DNA of 64,000 bases. Origin: Chloroflexota bacterium (GTDB taxonomy: Bacteria; Chloroflexota; Dehalococcoidia; UBA2979). Every line of letters starts with the position of its first letter. Position 1 is the stretch's first letter. Made by a program: the position numbers and the translations under genes. The DNA lies in NCBI GenBank assembly GCA_947479915.1, contig CANKAU010000010.1, forward strand, positions 2,033-66,032, written 5' to 3'. The notes beneath the pieces are model-generated. The model saw only the letters and a program-made list of their open reading frames with translations. It searched no databases and was not told where the DNA came from. Shown piece after piece: positions 1 through 11,736 of the stretch.

Positions 1-2773
<2,773 letters not shown>

Positions 2774-3193
2774 GCTCGGTACTCGCCGGTTGGAGATCAC
2801 AATTCGACGGTCAGTGGTCACAGACGCTCCCCTCAACAGTCCCGGTCGCGGGATTCCACGCGCCGGCGGGCTCGCTGCTCAGTACGGCTTCCGGCGTCGG
2901 TCCCCGGTGTTCGGGGCCGGCCGGTGCGGGCACGCATCTCGGTTGGATTTTGGGGATTGTCTGAGAGTGTCTCCACGATCGACGGCGCAGGCCCGCGATC
3001 TACTGAGCACGACTCCCCAGGACACATCTCCGGGACATGGCAACACCCCGAACGGCCGCCAGCCGTCGAGGGTCATCTGAAGTTAACCGCGATTTCGTTT
3101 GCGCCCCACGCATCAATCAGTGTACTGCGCCCGAGCAGAATCTCAACCGTACGCCGGGGGCACCCCTTGGTCAACCTGCCGGGTCGCTGATTG

Positions 3194-4447
3194 CTACCGG
3201 GCGGGGGTCCCCGTTGCCCCCGCGCCCGTCGAGGCGGCCGCGGTCCCGCTCGGTTGTGCGGCGGGCTGGCTCGGCGGCGCGGTCGCCGCGGGCTGCGAGG
3301 CAGCCTCCTTCGCCTTCTTCTGGCGAAGCTCCTCGGCGGCGATTGGGTCGTAGCGGCGGTTCACGGTGGTCTCCCACACCGGCCACGACTCCTTCGGCTT
3401 GTCGCCGATGTCTCGCAGGCCGAGGCTGGCGAGCAGGTCGTATGGCGGCGCGGTGGCGAACGACAGGTCGCGCTCGGCAAACCACACCACGAGGGGCGAG
3501 CCGAGGAAGTCGGCGTCCTCGAACAGGCGCAGCAGGAAGCGGCGCTGCTCCGCCGGGGTCGACGAGTTCAGGTTGTCGCGTCCCGGACCGGAGGCGTACC
3601 CGGCGCCGACGAAGGCGATCGGCAGCGGCGTCTGCTCCCGAATTGCCGAGTAGTAGGTCGGCGGCACCTTCCGCGCGACGTTGAAGGCGAACGACGGGTA
3701 GGTGGTGATGCCGACCGCGTCCATCTTCCCCTGGAAGTCCTTCAGCAACTGCCAGCGGGGCGGATGCGGTGGCAGGTCCGGGATCACGCCCAGCAGTTCC
3801 TCGTACTGGAACGAGGGGAGCACCTGCGTCTCGGGGGCGGCCGCCTTCACGGCGTCGTAGGCCTCCTTGTACGCGGTCACGTAGGAGAGGTACGTCCCCG
3901 GGTTCCGCTCGAACGTTGCGTTCACCTCGTTCCCGAGCACGAGGTACGCGGGGCGCAGGTTCCTCGCGATGAACACCGCCTCCTGCACGAAGGCTGTGCG
4001 GAGCTCCGCGTTGGAGAGGTCCTTACCCGCGAGCGTCGGCGGCAGCCGCTGGAGTTTGTCGCGCGCGGTCGGGTCGAACGGGTCGAGGACGATCGCGACT
4101 TGCAGCCCGCGGCTCTTCGCGGCATCGCGCACCGTGGTCAGCTCGTGCCGCACGTCGTCCGAGGCGGTAGCGCCGGGCACGAAGTCGGCCCAGTTCGGCG
4201 AGCGCTGCACGAGGATCAGCTCCCCGTAGTTCGCGGCGAGGTCGTAGGTCTGCCGCGTGCCGAGGTCGGTGAGCGCCCAGGGCGTGTCCGAGAATCCGAG
4301 GAGGTACGAGCGCGGCTCGCCCGCCTCCTGCCTCGGTCGTTTCGTGAACGAAGAGCCGCCCGTGGACTCGGTGCGGCAGGCGCTCGCCAGCACCGCCACT
4401 AGGGTCAGCGCCAGCAGTGCGAGGGAGATCCGGGATCGCGGGGGCAT
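3194..4447 (-). CDS. secreted putative glycoside-hydrolase-like TIM-barrel protein with a Pro/Ala/Thr-rich C-terminal tail
   Basis: 417-aa ORF. N-terminal signal peptide MPPRSRISLALLALTLVAVLASAC. An LVLGNEVN motif resembles the catalytic NE(V/P) of clan GH-A hydrolases. Low-complexity tail. Confidence 0.5.
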   Translation of the reverse strand: MPPRSRISLALLALTLVAVLASACRTESTGGSSFTKRPRQEAGEPRSYLLGFSDTPWALTDLGTRQTYDLAANYGELILVQRSPNWADFVPGATASDDVRHELTTVRDAAKSRGLQVAIVLDPFDPTARDKLQRLPPTLAGKDLSNAELRTAFVQEAVFIARNLRPAYLVLGNEVNATFERNPGTYLSYVTAYKEAYDAVKAAAPETQVLPSFQYEELLGVIPDLPPHPPRWQLLKDFQGKMDAVGITTYPSFAFNVARKVPPTYYSAIREQTPLPIAFVGAGYASGPGRDNLNSSTPAEQRRFLLRLFEDADFLGSPLVVWFAERDLSFATAPPYDLLASLGLRDIGDKPKESWPVWETTVNRRYDPIAAEELRQKKAKEAASQPAATAPPSQPAAQPSGTAAASTGAGATGTPAR

Positions 4448-4585
4448 TGTCTCGATGATACCCGGCCCGTTCGGTTCAGACCTGCGTCCTGCCGCCCCGA
4501 TCGCGGGGTTTCCCGCGTAAGCCCCCCATCAGCGCCTTCCGAGGATCCCGGTACCCACCACAGAGGGTGACGACGGGAGCCTGAG

Positions 4586-4810
4586 ATGGCGTTCATGACC
4601 ACCGACGACCTGCTGCTCGAGTTGCACTGGGTGACCTCGCGCTCTGATGCGCGCGCGATGATCAGCCGCGCCGCGCGCATCGCCGGCGTGGCGACCGGGC
4701 GACCGCTCGAGGTGCGTGAGCTGCTGATGGTGTGCGAGGCGCTGGCGGCCGAAGGTGGCGCGATCCAGGTGCTCGCTGAGTCAGTGGCGACGCGGGCGCT
4801 CCGCGACTAG
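4586..4810 (+). CDS. hypothetical small protein (74 aa)
   Basis: ORF only, no recognisable motif; convergent with the next gene. Confidence 0.25.
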   Translation: MAFMTTDDLLLELHWVTSRSDARAMISRAARIAGVATGRPLEVRELLMVCEALAAEGGAIQVLAESVATRALRD

Positions 4811-4817
4811 CGGCTGA

Positions 4818-5273
4818 CTAGCGGTTGTCGTCGGCGAAGATCGTGTCGCGGGCGACGTCGCCCCACGAGAAGAGTGCCGCCGCGAAGCGGATTCCGCCGC
4901 TGCGATCGTTCAGCGCTTCGAGTGGCAGCGCGGACAGGTAGGTCCGCACGCGCTCCTCGACGCCTGACTCCTCGTAGAACTCGATGGGGCGGAACACCCC
5001 GAAGGTCGTCGAGGCGATCGGCTGGCCGCCCGGCTCCGCGCAGGCGATTGCGAGTGCCATCTGGTCGATGCCATACGGCCGGCGACTCGCGGCGATGCGG
5101 GCGCGTGCCCACGTGATCACCTGGTCGGCGAGCTGCTCGATGTCCTCGCGCCCCAGCGGCGCAGTGCCCAGCAGCCACTCCTGCTTGGAGAGGCCCGTGC
5201 CCCGGCGAATGGAGTCCTCCACGCGAGTTCGCAGCGGATCGGGGCGGAACCTACGGAGCAGTGCGCTCAACAT
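4818..5273 (-). CDS. hypothetical protein (151 aa)
   Basis: ORF in a host-like high-GC frame; no motif recognised. Confidence 0.4.
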   Translation of the reverse strand: MLSALLRRFRPDPLRTRVEDSIRRGTGLSKQEWLLGTAPLGREDIEQLADQVITWARARIAASRRPYGIDQMALAIACAEPGGQPIASTTFGVFRPIEFYEESGVEERVRTYLSALPLEALNDRSGGIRFAAALFSWGDVARDTIFADDNR

Positions 5274-5478
5274 GGTCCCTCCTCTCTCCGCGCTCCCGCG
5301 CGACTCATTCGGCGTGTGGCGCCGTTCCCCATGTCGGGGAAACCCTCACGCCGATCATCGACGTCTTCCGGCCACTCATCAGGCACCTGACAGGTCTTTT
5401 CACACCATCTGTTTGCGCAATCCTGCTGACGCTTCGGTCCGTTCGAGGCGCTTCGGTGGATGTGTAGACTTTTCGGTA

Positions 5479-5934
5479 ATGGACAGTGCATACGAAGTCG
5501 ATCTGGACGGGCTCCTCCGCGCCGTGGAGCGCTCCGACCACGTCATCGTGCGGTTCTCGGCACTCGCCGAGCGTCTGTTCCTCGACTTCCGCACCCGCGA
5601 GGGCGAAGGCCCCGGCGTGTTCGTGCTCCCCATGGCGAGCACGATCCAGGAGCGCCTCGCCACGATCGCCGCGGCGAGGCCGCATTTTCCGCGGCCGGAC
5701 AAGCTGCACGTGATGGCGTGGCCGCTTCGCGTCGCCGGGCTGGAGCGCCTTGGCTTCCTGGAGGCGGCGCGGCAGCGACTGGCCGGTCTCGATGCGTTCG
5801 AGCAGGTGCGCGACCTCGACCGCGCGTTTCGCGACCTGCAGCGCGCCGAGGACCTGGAGCTCCGTAGTGCGATCACCGGCGAGGGCTACCGCACGATCTG
5901 GCCCGGCCGTCCCAGCGCCGACCTCGACGCGTAG
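5479..5934 (+). CDS. hypothetical protein (151 aa)
   Basis: ORF starting at the ATG at 5479 (MDSAYEVDLDGLL...), immediately upstream of the metallopeptidase gene and co-directional with it. Confidence 0.45.
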   Translation: MDSAYEVDLDGLLRAVERSDHVIVRFSALAERLFLDFRTREGEGPGVFVLPMASTIQERLATIAAARPHFPRPDKLHVMAWPLRVAGLERLGFLEAARQRLAGLDAFEQVRDLDRAFRDLQRAEDLELRSAITGEGYRTIWPGRPSADLDA

Positions 5935-5949
5935 CGTGGGCAGCTAGCA

Positions 5950-6312
5950 GTGCAGCGCGACCGCTTCCGCCGTCTGGTGTTCCGGGCGATCGAGGATCTG
6001 CCGGCGGAGTTCCGGCGTTTTGTGCAGGACGTCGCGATCGTCGTGGAGCGCGAACCCTCCGCGGAGGATCTGCGTGAGGCCGGCCTTGAACCGGACGAGG
6101 ATCTCTTCGGGCTCTACGTGGGGATCCCGCTCACCGAGCGGCACGACCACCACATGGTGCTGCCGGATCGCATCCTGATCTTCCAGGGGCCGCACGAGCG
6201 CGCCTTCAGCGCCGACCGCCTCACCACCGAGATTCAGCGCACCGTTGCGCACGAGGTGGCCCACTTCTTCGGCATCGACGACGACCGCCTCGAGGCGCTC
6301 GGGCTCGGCTAG
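5950..6312 (+). CDS. metallopeptidase family protein (PF06262-like, HExxH)
   Basis: 120 aa with a C-terminal AHEVAHFFG HExxH zinc motif and a GIDDDRLE tail, typical of the small putative zinc-metallopeptidase family. Confidence 0.7.
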   Translation: MQRDRFRRLVFRAIEDLPAEFRRFVQDVAIVVEREPSAEDLREAGLEPDEDLFGLYVGIPLTERHDHHMVLPDRILIFQGPHERAFSADRLTTEIQRTVAHEVAHFFGIDDDRLEALGLG

Positions 6313-6338
6313 CGTCGCGGAACAGTCCGGACAAAACA

Positions 6339-6366
6339 GGAGCGCCGCCCGGGCGGGCGGCGCTCC
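6339..6366. terminator. bidirectional stem-loop between the convergent metallopeptidase and hup genes
   Basis: Perfect hairpin ggagcgccgccc-ggg-cgggcggcgctcc. Confidence 0.5.
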
Positions 6367-6422
6367 AAGGAATAGCTTCCGACACTCGACACTCCGAGGA
6401 GCGCCGAGGCGGCGGGTCGGAG

Positions 6423-6731
6423 CTATTTCGCCTTCGCGAGCTTGGGAGCCGGAGCCTCGCCGTTCACGATGGCCTTCAGGCCAGCGGCGGCGGAGAACTT
6501 CGGGGCCTTAGAGGCCTTCACCTTGATCTCGGCGCCCGTCTGCGGGTTGCGGCCGATGCGCGCCTTGCGGGCGGTGCGGCTGAACTTGCCGAGACCGGGG
6601 TACGCCACGTCCTCGCCGTTCTTGACCTTCGCCTGGATCACGTCACGGAAGCCGTCGAGCACGCGCTCGGCGTCCGCGTTCGTCGTGCCGGCCTGAGTCG
6701 CGACCAGCGTGACCAGCTCTGCCTTCGTCAT
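6423..6731 (-). CDS. hup: HU family DNA-binding protein
   Basis: MTKAELVTLVATQAGTTNADAERVLDGFRDVIQAKVKNGEDVAYPGLGKFSRTARKARIGRNPQTGAEIKVKASKAPKF is a classic HU/IHF fold sequence, with a Lys/Ala-rich tail. Confidence 0.9.
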   Translation of the reverse strand: MTKAELVTLVATQAGTTNADAERVLDGFRDVIQAKVKNGEDVAYPGLGKFSRTARKARIGRNPQTGAEIKVKASKAPKFSAAAGLKAIVNGEAPAPKLAKAK

Positions 6732-6962
6732 CTTCAACACCTCCGTAGGAGGCGCCCCCGCGATATATCGAAGCGCCTACGCACATCATCCTTTGTCATC
6801 ACGACCTTGGTGTCAAGGCCTGTTGTCCAGAATGGCAGATATTTACTGGAGATCGTCATCCGCAGTGCGTCCAAGACGCGCGAATGCTGGTGTTGGGGTG
6901 CAGAAGGTACGCGAAACCCGCGCTCAGACAGGTGATCCCGGAGCGCCGAGGACGAAGGGCCG

Positions 6963-8096
6963 CTAGTTGCGGCTGTTGAGTCTGTGGATAAGTCGCGCGG
7001 CGGCGGCCGTCGCGTGCTCTGCGGCGCGTGCCATTGCGGTCGGCCGGTCGGCCTCGGTCGGCGCGAGGGGCTCCGCGTCGAGGATGCGGGGGGACAGCCC
7101 TTCCACGATCCCGGCGACGGCGACGCACGGCACACCGGCCTCGGCGGCGAGCTGCGCGACATGCGCGACGGCCTTGCCGTAGCCCGTCTGCCCATCCATC
7201 GCACCTTCGCCGGTGATGACCAGGTCGGCTGCCTCGATCGCTGCGCGCAGGCCGATCGCGTCCGCGACGAGCGCCGCGCCGGACTCGATGCGCCCGCGGG
7301 GACACGCGGCGAGGAGGCCCGTAGGGATGCCGCCCCCCGCACCCGCGCCCGGCCGCCCGGCGACGTCCGAACTGACGTCCTCGCGCAGCCGGGTCGCCCA
7401 GCGGGCCAGCGCGGCATTCATCGCCGGGGCCTGCCAGTCGCGCACGCCCTTCTGCGCTCCGTACACGGCCGTCGCCCCGGCCTCGCCGAGGAGCGGGTTC
7501 TGTACGTCCACCGCGATCCGCAGGTCCAGCTCGCGCACCCCGGAGGCGCGGTCCGCTTGGACACGGGCGAGGCCGATGAGTGCGAGGCCGCCCAGGGCGA
7601 GCGGTGCACCGTTCGCGTCGAGGAGCCGCAGTCCGAGCGCGCGCGCGGCGCCGGCGCCGCCGTCGTTCGTGCCGGTGCCGCCCACGCCGACGATCACTTC
7701 GTGCGCGCCGCGGTTCAGCGCGTGCAGGATCTGCTCGCCCAGGCCGGTACTGGTGGCCCGGGCGGCATCGCGTCGATCAACGGGGACGAGGACGAGACCG
7801 GCGGCGGCCGCTGCCTCGATCACCGCGAGAATCGGCTCCCCGGGCCGTTCGAGGAGTGCGTAGGTCGCCTCAACGGGATCGCCCTGCGGGCCGGTGACGG
7901 TGTGGCGGATGAGCGTGGCGCCGGTCGCGTTCGCGACGATCGAGACGGTGCCGGGGCCACCGTCGGCCATGGGCAGTTCGATGACCTCGGCGTCGGGGAG
8001 CGCCTCCCGCACGCCGGCGGCGATCGCGGCTGCGGCGTCGAGTGGCGAGAGCGAGCCTTTGAACTCCTGCGGCGCGACGAGCACGCGCCGGGGCAC
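6963..8096 (-). CDS. glycerate kinase (GlxK/GarK family)
   Basis: VLVAPQEFKGSLS...GGPGTVS...VGVGGTGTNDGGAGAARALG...ITGEGAMDGQTGYGK are glycerate-kinase signature blocks. A likely GTG start at 8096 abuts the stop of the upstream small ORF. The 444-aa track ORF over-extends the N-terminus. Confidence 0.85.
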   Translation of the reverse strand: MPRRVLVAPQEFKGSLSPLDAAAAIAAGVREALPDAEVIELPMADGGPGTVSIVANATGATLIRHTVTGPQGDPVEATYALLERPGEPILAVIEAAAAAGLVLVPVDRRDAARATSTGLGEQILHALNRGAHEVIVGVGGTGTNDGGAGAARALGLRLLDANGAPLALGGLALIGLARVQADRASGVRELDLRIAVDVQNPLLGEAGATAVYGAQKGVRDWQAPAMNAALARWATRLREDVSSDVAGRPGAGAGGGIPTGLLAACPRGRIESGAALVADAIGLRAAIEAADLVITGEGAMDGQTGYGKAVAHVAQLAAEAGVPCVAVAGIVEGLSPRILDAEPLAPTEADRPTAMARAAEHATAAAARLIHRLNSRN

Positions 8097-8098
8097 CG

Positions 8099-8314
8099 TC
8101 AATCGAGGCCCCAGCCGTAGTAGCGGAGCGCGGCGCTGATCACGAGCACCGCGATGTAGATCAGCGCCACGAGCCGCGCACGGCGCGCAACAAAGCGGAT
8201 GCGCTCGAGCAGCCCGCGGAGCCCGGGGTGTGACTGCGCCGCCGGAGAGGTCAGCGCCATGTAGGCGAAGACCAGCAGCGCTCCGAGCGTCAGCCAACGG
8301 ATGAGCGTGCCCAT
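8099..8314 (-). CDS. small hydrophobic (membrane) protein, 71 aa
   Basis: Two predicted TM helices (LTLGALLVFAYMALT and LVALIYIAVLVISAAL). Immediately upstream of, and same strand as, glycerate kinase. Confidence 0.4.
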   Translation of the reverse strand: MGTLIRWLTLGALLVFAYMALTSPAAQSHPGLRGLLERIRFVARRARLVALIYIAVLVISAALRYYGWGLD

Positions 8315-8357
8315 ATCTCCTGCTCCCTCGTGGCAGTCATCCTAGCGGCGCTTGACT

Positions 8358-8404
8358 AGAACAAGCGTTCTTTTGTAGCCTTCCACATACAGAACGATTG
8401 TTCT
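8358..8404. promoter_or_regulatory. two GAAC-N4-GTTC inverted repeats (Cheo/SOS-box-like) in the divergent intergenic region
   Basis: AGAACaagcGTTCT at 8358-8371 and AGAACgattGTTCT at 8391-8404. The first lies just downstream of a TTGACT hexamer and the second abuts the ORF start region. Confidence 0.45.
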
Positions 8405-8426
8405 CATGCTGCTTCTGGAGCGCACC

Positions 8427-8603
8427 ATGAACGTCACCGACACCGCCAGCCACCTCGATGCCACGGAGGCGCCCGCCGCCCCGCGCCGCCGCCGCCAGTG
8501 GACCTACGCCGGGCCGCGCTGCCCGCAGTGTGCCGGCCCGCTGGTCTTCGGCGAAGGCTGCAGCCTCTGCCCCGTCTGCGGTCATTCGTCCTGCGCGGTC
8601 TAG
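8427..8603 (+). CDS. small zinc-ribbon protein (58 aa from MNVTD)
   Basis: Motif CPQCAGPLVFGEGCSLCPVCGHSSC. GGAG sits 7 nt upstream of the ATG at 8427. Preceded by the SOS-like boxes. Confidence 0.4.
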   Translation: MNVTDTASHLDATEAPAAPRRRRQWTYAGPRCPQCAGPLVFGEGCSLCPVCGHSSCAV

Positions 8604-8747
8604 CGCCGACCTCGGATTCCGGGCCGATTTGCGGCCGCGGGCCGACGAATCCAGCGGGTCATCCGCGATCGTTTTTGTGCGCGCGTTCGACCCCCCTTGG
8701 ATCGCTTCGTATACTCACGCCCTATCGCCAAGTGTGCGGGGGGCGAC

Positions 8748-9569
8748 ATGGTGGCTGGAGCCGGTACTGATCTGCGCGCGCTGACGAAGCGTGTGCGACG
8801 GCATGTAGTTGAGATGGTCTACGGGGCGCAGTCGGGCCACATCGGTGGCTCCATGTCGTCGACCGAGATCCTCGCCGTGCTGTACGGGCGCATCATGCGC
8901 CACGACCCGCAGCGCCCGGATTGGCCGGAGCGTGACCGCTTCGTCATGAGCAAGGGTCACTGCACGCCTGTCCAGTACGCCACCCTCGCTGAGAACGGCT
9001 ACTTCCCCGTCGAAGAGCTCTCCACCTTCCGCAAGAAGGGGAGCCGCCTTCAGGGCCACTCCGTGCTGGGCAAGCCGCAGGGCGTCGAGAACTCCGCCGG
9101 TGCGCTGGGCATGGGCCTCTCGTTCGGCCTCGGCATCCGCCTCGGCATGCGCCTCAACAACATCGACGCGCACGTCTACGTGCTCATGGGCGACGGCGAG
9201 CAGGACGAGGGGCAGGTGTGGGAGGCCGCGATGGCCGCCGCGCACCACAACGTGGACCGGCTGGTCGCGATCATCGATCGCAACGGCATCCAGAACGACG
9301 ACTTCACCCGCGAGACCATGCGCACCGAGCCGCTGGACGAGAAGTACCGCGCCTTCGGCTGGGAAGTCCGCGCTGGCATCGACGGTCACGACCTCGACGC
9401 CGTCGAGGCGGCACTGGCGTGGGCGCGCGATGTGCGCGGCAAGCCGGCGCTGGTGATCTTCGACACGGTGAAGGGCAAGGGCGTCTCCTTCATGGAGAAC
9501 AACCCCGGCTTCCACGGCGCCGCCCCGAATGCCGAGCAGTTCGCGCGCGCAATGGAGGAGTTGGCCTGA
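8748..9569 (+). CDS. transketolase, N-terminal (TPP-binding) subunit
   Basis: GHIGGSMSSTEILAVLY...GDGEQDEGQVWEAAMAAAHHNVDRLVAIIDRNGIQ are transketolase N-terminal motifs. A TATACT -10 hexamer lies at 8709-8714. The stop overlaps the next gene (ATGA). Confidence 0.9.
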   Translation: MVAGAGTDLRALTKRVRRHVVEMVYGAQSGHIGGSMSSTEILAVLYGRIMRHDPQRPDWPERDRFVMSKGHCTPVQYATLAENGYFPVEELSTFRKKGSRLQGHSVLGKPQGVENSAGALGMGLSFGLGIRLGMRLNNIDAHVYVLMGDGEQDEGQVWEAAMAAAHHNVDRLVAIIDRNGIQNDDFTRETMRTEPLDEKYRAFGWEVRAGIDGHDLDAVEAALAWARDVRGKPALVIFDTVKGKGVSFMENNPGFHGAAPNAEQFARAMEELA

Positions 9570-10519
9570 TGACGACGACGCCGGCTCCCGCCGCCACCCG
9601 CGAGGCACTTGGCCCCGCCCTCGTCCGCCTGCAGCAGAACGGCGCCGACATCGTTGTCGTCGATGCTGACCTCGGGAAGTCGACCTCGGCGCGTACCTTC
9701 CGCGACGCGTACCCGGAGCGCTTCTTCACCTTCGGCGTTGCCGAGCAGAACATGATCTCGGCCGCGGGCGGTCTCTCGACGATGGGCCACGTGGTGGTCG
9801 CGTCGACCTTCGCCGTCTTCGCCGAGCACGCGTTCGACCAGCTCCGCATGTCCGTCGCGCAGCCGAAGCTCAACGTGAAGATCGTCGCCAGCCACGGCGG
9901 CGTCTCCACCGGTGAGGATGGCGCGTCCGCGCAGTCGGTTGAGGACTACGCACTCTTCTCGTCCCTCGTGAACTTCACCGTGTGCGTCCCCGCCGATGTC
10001 GTTGAGGCCGAGGCGATGGTCGCTGCGGCTGTCGCGACTCCCGGCCCGTGGTACATCCGCACCGGTCGTCCGAAGATCCCGGTCATCTACACGGACGGTC
10101 CGCGCTTCCAGGTCGGCAAGGCCGACATGCTGCGCGACGGCACCGACGTGACGATCGTCGCGTGCGGGCTGCTCGTGGAGCGCTCGCTGCGCGCCGCCGA
10201 GGCGCTGGAGCGCAGCGGCATCTCCGCCCGCGTACTGAACATGGGCACGATTCGGCCCCTCGACGTCGAAGCGCTCACGGCCGCCGCGCGCGACACCGGC
10301 GCGATCGTCGTTGCCGAGGAGCACCTGACGCACTCCGGCCTCGGCGCGATGTGCGCGCAGGCGATCGCCGCCAGCACGCAGCCCGTGCCGATGGAGTTCG
10401 TCGGCGTGCAGAACCGCTACGGCGAGTCGGCGACGTGGGACGAGGTCCTGGAGATCATGGGCCTCACCGCAGAGGGCGTCGAAGCCGCCGTCCGCAAGGT
10501 CGTCGCCCGCAAGCGCTAG
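9568..10519 (+). CDS. transketolase, C-terminal (pyrimidine-binding) subunit
   Basis: FTFGVAEQNMISAAGGLS...IVASHGGVSTGEDGASAQSVEDYALF... are transketolase C-terminal motifs. ATGA overlap with the N-terminal subunit gene. Confidence 0.9.
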
Positions 10520-10545
10520 CGCCCACCTCGCACCGATCGAGGACA

Positions 10546-10575
10546 ACGCAACGCCCCGGCCACTCGCCGGGGCGT
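10546..10575. terminator. bidirectional intrinsic terminator
   Basis: caacgccccggcc-actc-gccggggcgttg followed by ttgtgtg. Confidence 0.55.
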
Positions 10576-10605
10576 TGTTGTGTGCAGAAGGTGAGGCAGA
10601 GGCCG

Positions 10606-11415
10606 CTATCGCAGCCCCAGCAGCCGCACGAGGTCATCGAGGGACGCGACCTCGACGTCGGGGTGGTGGTCATCGTCGGCGGGAGCGCCGGTGCGGTTCA
10701 CCCACGCGCTCTGCCAGCCCGCCGCGCGCGCGCCCGCGATGTCCTGCGATCGCATGTCGCCGACGTGCAGCGCGCTCTTCGCCTCGAAGATGTCGAGGGG
10801 CGCCGAAAGCGCGTGCGCGAAGATCGCCGGGTCGGGCTTCACGAGGCCGACCTCCTCCGACACCACGACGCGGTGGAACCACTTCTCGAGGTCGTGCGTG
10901 TCGATCTTCATCCGCTGGTGCGTCGTGTTGCCGTTGGTGAGCAGGATCATCGGGTAGCGCCGCTGCACCGCTTCCAGCGTCGCGAGCGAGTCCTCGAACA
11001 GCCGCATCATCGCGGGCCACGTCGCCTCGTACTCCTCGTACGCGGCGTCGGCAGCCTCGAGGTCGGGCGCGGCGTGGCGTTCGAGGAGCATGCGCCACCC
11101 CTCGCGCACGTACTCCGGGCTCCACTCGCCGCGGACGCGCTCCCAGATCTCGATGAGGAACGGCTGGAACACGAAGTCGTGCACGTGCGCGGAGTCGCCC
11201 AGCGTCAGCAGCGTGGGGTAGCGCTCCGCGAGGCGCGCGAACGGGGCGGCGAAGCCATCGCGCCACGCCGTCCGTGAGTCGATCAGCGTGCCGTCGAGGT
11301 CGAAGGAGACGACCTCGATGCGATCGACGTCGAGCGCGCCGCGGCCGGTGCGCTCGTTGGCGTTAGCGCTCGTCGTCAGCGTCGTCCTCGTCGTCTTCGA
11401 ACTCGGCGGCGTCAT
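10606..11415 (-). CDS. HAD-family hydrolase
   Basis: FDLDGTLIDS is HAD motif I. LLTNG and VGDMRSQDIAGARAAG match motifs III/IV. The N-terminus overlaps the upstream small ORF by about 50 bp. Confidence 0.7.
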   Translation of the reverse strand: MTPPSSKTTRTTLTTSANANERTGRGALDVDRIEVVSFDLDGTLIDSRTAWRDGFAAPFARLAERYPTLLTLGDSAHVHDFVFQPFLIEIWERVRGEWSPEYVREGWRMLLERHAAPDLEAADAAYEEYEATWPAMMRLFEDSLATLEAVQRRYPMILLTNGNTTHQRMKIDTHDLEKWFHRVVVSEEVGLVKPDPAIFAHALSAPLDIFEAKSALHVGDMRSQDIAGARAAGWQSAWVNRTGAPADDDHHPDVEVASLDDLVRLLGLR

Positions 11416-11689
11416 CCTCGGAGTACGTGCCGAACTCCGTGCCGCGCCAGACGGTGACCACGAAGTCCTCGCGGTACTCGTCGGCGGTGGAGACGAGGCG
11501 CGCGTCCACGTCCGCGATCAGTTCCTCGATGTCATCTTCGGGCACGGAGGTGTGGACGATGAGGATGCCGTACGCCTTTGCGCCGGTGAAGTGCAGGTCA
11601 ACGCGGCCGATCACGGCGTCATCGGTCTCGATGCGCCAGGCCTCGGACTGCGGGGTGCGGGCGATGCGTTCGAAGTGGGTCGTGGGCAT
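11363..11689 (-). CDS. hypothetical acidic protein (108 aa)
   Basis: ORF with a highly acidic C-terminus (EDDAAEFEDDEDDADDER); no known motif. Confidence 0.45.
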   Translation of the reverse strand: MPTTHFERIARTPQSEAWRIETDDAVIGRVDLHFTGAKAYGILIVHTSVPEDDIEELIADVDARLVSTADEYREDFVVTVWRGTEFGTYSEDDAAEFEDDEDDADDER

Positions 11690-11736
11690 GAGTGCTCTTC
11701 TCGCTCGGCGTGGGGTGGGTCAGTCGGTGGAGGCTG

